A stretch of 64,000 nucleotides of DNA, taken from assembly GCA_963719505.1 (NCBI GenBank), contig CAVRCF010000002.1:256001-320000 (forward strand), given 5' to 3'. The stretch is from Halobacteriovoraceae bacterium (lineage in GTDB: Bacteria > Bdellovibrionota > Bacteriovoracia > Bacteriovoracales > Bacteriovoracaceae). Of the stretch, positions 59,923-64,000 are shown piece by piece. A program made the translations under genes and the position numbers. The notes under the pieces are model-generated. The model made no database searches, was not told the origin of the DNA, and saw only the letters and a program-made list of their open reading frames with translations. Each line of letters opens with the position of its first letter. Position 1 is the stretch's first letter.

Positions 59923-61002
59923 ATGAATATCATTTTTTTTATCTGTAGCTTTTTAATACTATGTACTTTGGTCTTTCCTCTTATAAGATCAACATTTTGG
60001 TTTATTAGAGCTTTTGACTTTCCACGATTTCAAATCGTGCTTTTGGTTCTGCTCTATCTTTTAACCACACCCTTTTATATTGAAAATAAAATTTATATAA
60101 GTATTGCAGTTGTCTTGAGTCTTTTAAGTCTTGTTCTTGATATTTACCGTGTTGGTCCGTATATTTCTCTATGGAAAATTGAATCGAAAATTAGTGGGAA
60201 AACACAAAAGCCTCAGATCAAAATTCTATCCGCCAACGTCTTTGTGAATAATACTAACTACGAAAGTCTTCTAAAAGCTGTCGAAAAGTCAGATCCAGAT
60301 ATCGTCCTGCTTCTTGAACCCGATAAAGAGTGGGAAAATGGTGTCAAAAAATTAGAGCAAACGTTTGAGCATGTGAAACTGGTACCTAAAGATAATACTT
60401 ATGGAATGCTATTGTATTCAAAGTTTGAGCTAATTGATACCGAAGTAAAATACCTTATTGATGAAAAAGTTCCTTCAATATTTACCAAAGTGAAATTGGA
60501 TAATGGGCAAAAGGTAGAACTCATTTGTGTTCATCCAAGACCGCCACGTCCAAGCGAGTCTTCAAGTTTACAAAGAGATGCAGAGCTTATCACCGTCGCG
60601 AATTATGTTAAAGAGAAAGAAGGTACGCCTATACTTATTTTGGGTGATCTTAATGATGTCGCCTGGTCCCATACGACAAGACTTTTCAAAAGAGTAAGTG
60701 GAACTCTTGATCCAAGAATCGGTCGTGGTTTTTACAATACATTTCCAGTTAAATGGCCTTTTTTACGGGTTCCACTTGATCATATCTTTCATACCCCAGT
60801 TCTAAGTATGAGAGAAATCAAAGTGCTCAAATCCATTGGCTCTGATCATTTCCCCATTACTGTCTCTTTTGATCTTAATAATAAAGACAGTGGAAAAGCT
60901 AATCCAGAAGATGAAAGTGATAGGGAAGAGTCTAAAGAAGTTTTAAATAAGGGCAAAAAGTATAAAGGACCCGACGAGGAAGTAAAGAAAGAGAATGAGT
61001 AG
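59923..61002 (+). CDS. Membrane-anchored endonuclease/exonuclease/phosphatase family protein
   Basis: SANV, PDIVLLLE, GDLND, LDHIF and GSDHFP motifs; N-terminal TM helices. Confidence 0.9.
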   Translation: MNIIFFICSFLILCTLVFPLIRSTFWFIRAFDFPRFQIVLLVLLYLLTTPFYIENKIYISIAVVLSLLSLVLDIYRVGPYISLWKIESKISGKTQKPQIKILSANVFVNNTNYESLLKAVEKSDPDIVLLLEPDKEWENGVKKLEQTFEHVKLVPKDNTYGMLLYSKFELIDTEVKYLIDEKVPSIFTKVKLDNGQKVELICVHPRPPRPSESSSLQRDAELITVANYVKEKEGTPILILGDLNDVAWSHTTRLFKRVSGTLDPRIGRGFYNTFPVKWPFLRVPLDHIFHTPVLSMREIKVLKSIGSDHFPITVSFDLNNKDSGKANPEDESDREESKEVLNKGKKYKGPDEEVKKENE

Positions 61003-61182
61003 TCACGATTGCTAATATATCTAGTGTCCCTTCAACATGTATAGGCGTATCGACTCCTTTAAAATCCAAAGAGTGTTTAAAGACGAAAAGAGAGGAAGGA
61101 GCAGAAAGGTTCCTCTCTCATTATTTAAAAGGTGAGCAGTTACAGTCATTTAGAGATAAAAGAGCATTTATATTAATGGTTG

Positions 61183-61211
61183 TTGCTATTAACCCGATAA
61201 GTATGTACAGT
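61183..61211 (+). promoter_or_regulatory. Sigma70-like promoter of the RRM gene, implying a ~175-nt 5' UTR
   Basis: TTGCTA-N17-TACAGT with TG just upstream of the -10. Confidence 0.45.
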
Positions 61212-61390
61212 AGTTATAGTTAAAGTATTTATTTTCGGTTTCAGTATCTTATCAAGTAATTAAAATCCAAAACAAATTCATCTTTATAACAAAAAATCTC
61301 GGGCTAGAACGATCTAGCAGGGAAGACAAAGCACTCGTTTCGCTTGGAGCGAATGGGGCTTTAGCACTCACTATATTCAAGGAGAATCAA

Positions 61391-61660
61391 ATGAGTAATA
61401 AAATATATGTAGGTAATTTATCTTTTAATGTCTTAGACGAAGTTCTATCAGAGATGTTTGCAAAATTTGGAACTGTTTCATCGTGTAAAATTATTACCGA
61501 TAGAGACAGCGGAAGAAGCAAAGGTTTTGGTTTTGTTGAGATGGCTACAGCTGCCGAAGCTCAAGAAGCTATTTCAAATCTTGATGGAAATGGTTTAGAT
61601 GGAAGAAACCTAAAAGTGAATGAAGCTAAACCACAAGAAAAAAGAGAGAGTAACTGGTAG
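61391..61660 (+). CDS. RRM RNA-binding protein
   Basis: RNP2 IYVGNL and RNP1 KGFGFVEM. Confidence 0.95.
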   Translation: MSNKIYVGNLSFNVLDEVLSEMFAKFGTVSSCKIITDRDSGRSKGFGFVEMATAAEAQEAISNLDGNGLDGRNLKVNEAKPQEKRESNW

Positions 61661-61841
61661 TCAATAGACTTTTCAGGTTACTGAGAGGAAATGTCTCTTG
61701 AGTCTTTTACCGTGATCGGGAATAGATGATCCTTGAGAGAAAGAGAGACTTTTTTTTTAACAAAAACAAATAAACTAAAAATATATCTCGCTCGTTTTAG
61801 TGAGATTCAAGTTGCCTTAAGAAAAGGCCAAAGGAATAAAT

Positions 61842-62036
61842 ATGCAAAATGGAACAGTTAAGTTTTTTAATGATGAGAAAGGATTTGGATTTATTACACC
61901 TGATAACGGAGGAGCTGATCTTTTTGTTCACGTTTCTGCGATTTCAAGAGGAACACTAAGTAGTGATGATAAAGTTTCTTTTGAAACAAGTGAAGGTCAA
62001 AAAGGACCTTGTGCTACAGACGTTCAAGTTCTTTAG
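61842..62036 (+). CDS. cspA: Cold-shock protein
   Basis: [21 protein letters not shown] and GQKGP motifs. Confidence 0.95.
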   Translation: MQNGTVKFFNDEKGFGFITPDNGGADLFVHVSAISRGTLSSDDKVSFETSEGQKGPCATDVQVL

Positions 62037-62047
62037 TCCAATCCACT

Positions 62048-62101
62048 AAATTTCAAGGTAGATATTATAGGAATAACTATTAATGGCTACCTTTGAAATT
62101 T
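62048..62101. terminator. Long hairpin after cspA
   Basis: AAATTTCAAGGTAG ... CTACCTTTGAAATTT inverted repeat between convergent genes. Confidence 0.6.
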
Positions 62102-62153
62102 CACTTCTTTTGTGTTTCCGGAGTGAGACTCAAATGAACAAAACTACAATTTC

Positions 62154-62486
62154 TTAAATATCTCTACAAGCCTCACCATTTTTCCATTCAACAACATAGT
62201 CCGGTGTCGTGCAACTTGAAATAAAGTATAGACCTTGACTATCTTTTTGCATTTCTATTGTTGCGTAGTAATGATCAGATGCATCTGTGTAAGAGATACT
62301 GGCAACTTGAATTATGTCATTGATAGCACTTTTGAAATGCACTTGGACATGTTGTGAGTCAACATTAATAGCTTGATTGTCACTTGAGAAGACCACCGAG
62401 CCAAAGTCTTTGGCCATATCTATTAAACCAGTATTAGCAAATGATGATAGCGAGCAAAGCATAAAAATAAGTGCAATTGTTTTCAT
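62154..62486 (-). CDS. Secreted hypothetical protein
   Basis: GGAG RBS, signal peptide ending SFA, C-terminal Cys pair. Confidence 0.7.
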   Translation of the reverse strand: MKTIALIFMLCSLSSFANTGLIDMAKDFGSVVFSSDNQAINVDSQHVQVHFKSAINDIIQVASISYTDASDHYYATIEMQKDSQGLYFISSCTTPDYVVEWKNGEACRDI

Positions 62487-62652
62487 AAAAAAATCTCCAG
62501 TGCTGAAATATTAATGGATATCTAAAAATTCTGATAGGAGCGTTGAAACTTTTACCTGTTTGGATAGTTTAAGTTTTTGAAATAAATAGGCTTTTCAATA
62601 AAATGAGAGCTTAAATTGCTAATAATACGAAATTAAGGTAGATTTTAAGTAT

Positions 62653-62970
62653 ATGAAAATCGTTGTTACCGTTTTGCTCATATTTACAATCTTTAGTGAT
62701 TTCACTTCATCTTCTTTTTTTGAGGAAGATTTAGGGCTTTGCGAGTCGAAATGTATAGGTTCAGATTCCCACACACAAAATGATGAGCACGGTCACTCTG
62801 AAGGCGATGAACACCATTGTCATCAAGGTCACACCCACACTTCCATTTTTGAGAAGGCACTTATAGTGACCTTCCATTATAAAAACGAATTCACCCTCTC
62901 ATTTCTGGCTTTTCAAGTTGGAAACCCAAATAAATACCTCCACGATATTGTTCGACCTCCTATTGCTTAA
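62653..62970 (+). CDS. His-rich exported protein (CzcI-like)
   Basis: HTQNDEHGHSEGDEHHCHQGHTH; C-terminal RPPI; lies upstream of a TolC-like gene. Confidence 0.7.
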   Translation: MKIVVTVLLIFTIFSDFTSSSFFEEDLGLCESKCIGSDSHTQNDEHGHSEGDEHHCHQGHTHTSIFEKALIVTFHYKNEFTLSFLAFQVGNPNKYLHDIVRPPIA

Positions 62971-63017
62971 TTAACTGAGTTTTCTAAAGTTTAATTAAAA
63001 AATATTGAGGATCAAAT

Positions 63018-64000
63018 ATGAACAGCAAACTAGTGATAGTTCTGTTTCTTATTAGCTTTTTGAGTATGGCTCAAGAAGACTGTGAGATTAGTACCATCAA
63101 AAATTTTTACCATAGGGTCAAAGCCAAAGGGCCTCTACTGACCCAAGCTTATAAAAGAAAAGAGCAGATCTCTTCTGCGGTAGATTTGGCAAAACAGAGA
63201 CCAAATCCAGAAATGGATATTCAGTATCTCCGAGGTGAACAATTTGGCCAAAACATAAATACTTACTCCCTTACGGCAAAGCATGTTATTGAACTTGGAT
63301 CTAAAAGAGACAAAAGAATCGAGAAGGCTAAAAGTTATAAAAAATTGAAAGATTCTGAAATTGACCTTTCTCTTTTTGAGTCAAACCTTAAAGCCACAAT
63401 TGGATATCAAAGAGTCGCTCAGCTAAATCAGACCATTTATACTGTCAAAGAGGCAATTCAAACCTTTGATAATATAATAAAAAAATTAACATCTCGAAAA
63501 CGACTGAATCCCGAAGAAACTGTCTCTCTGTCGACTTTGAAACTTGCATCTAATCATTACAGTGCTCAACTTAACGATTTAGAAAATGAGAGAACTATTC
63601 TGCTTGGTAAGATTTCTTTTTTATCTCACTGCAAAGGACTTGATGTTAATTATGAATATATTAATTATAACAAGATTCAATTTCAGAAAAATAGTTTAAA
63701 AAATGTTGGATTAAAAAAACTTGAGGATCTCAAGGTTGATGTTGAAAGGGGCGAACTCGCTATTCAAGATTCAATTGGATATTCGAATCTTTCCATCGGC
63801 CCATCTTTTCAATACCAAGGACAAGATGGAGATGCATCCCTTGCAGCTGGTGTTGCATTGTCTTTCTCTCTCCCTCTCTTTCAAACAAACGATGGTGGGA
63901 AACTCAGTGCTTTGAAAGGGCTTGCTTCTCAGAAAACAGAAACTAGAAATAGAAAAGAGTTGCTCGAAATAGAAAGAGGGAACCTCATAGAGAAATTCAA
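63018..64000 (+). CDS. TolC/CzcC-family outer-membrane efflux protein (runs off window end)
   Basis: Manual translation from ATG 63018: signal peptide, AKQRPNPE, IELGSKRDKR, SLPLFQTNDG. Confidence 0.85.
   Translation, partial: MNSKLVIVLFLISFLSMAQEDCEISTIKNFYHRVKAKGPLLTQAYKRKEQISSAVDLAKQRPNPEMDIQYLRGEQFGQNINTYSLTAKHVIELGSKRDKRIEKAKSYKKLKDSEIDLSLFESNLKATIGYQRVAQLNQTIYTVKEAIQTFDNIIKKLTSRKRLNPEETVSLSTLKLASNHYSAQLNDLENERTILLGKISFLSHCKGLDVNYEYINYNKIQFQKNSLKNVGLKKLEDLKVDVERGELAIQDSIGYSNLSIGPSFQYQGQDGDASLAAGVALSFSLPLFQTNDGGKLSALKGLASQKTETRNRKELLEIERGNLIEKF

Noticed and set aside
2102-63915. Short antisense or out-of-frame ORFs in the track (e.g. 2102-2389, 9255-9692, 9726-9968, 19017-19313, 38182-39097, 47223-47888, 63721-63915)
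   Set aside because: They overlap well-supported genes and show no recognisable motifs
1-64000. tRNA, rRNA, CRISPR array, integrase or transposase
   Set aside because: None recognised by eye; tRNAscan-SE, Infernal and CRISPR finders would be needed to exclude them formally

Overview
AT-rich bacterial chromosomal window with about 65 genes and no rRNA, tRNA, CRISPR array or transposase that I could see. The many small secreted hypothetical proteins, large surface lipoproteins, REC-HD-GYP protein, DacB/DdpX and sigma28-like promoters suggest a predatory Bdellovibrionota (Bacteriovorax/Halobacteriovorax-like); this taxonomy is inference. The best candidate for an undescribed system is a tightly coupled operon at 49581-53886: PEGA/TPR lipoprotein, MotA, MotB, a membrane protein with a FliF-like ring-building domain fused to FliG-like domains, and a small outer-membrane beta-barrel. 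A 1214-aa Ig/NHL-repeat surface lipoprotein follows it. It reads as a minimal rotary motor with no export apparatus, rod, hook or filament genes nearby. Other highlights: a 5-oxoprolinase fused to a gamma-glutamylcyclotransferase; an arsenic operon (arsC-acr3-arsH) led by a Hg-MerR-type regulator with a mer-type operator; and an ATP-grasp ligase paired with a zinc peptidase. Several patches (about 5270-5430, 9900-12250, 14000-14260) are dense in single-base indels that look like long-read consensus errors, so frameshifts should be treated with caution. All family assignments come from reading motifs by eye; no searches were run.
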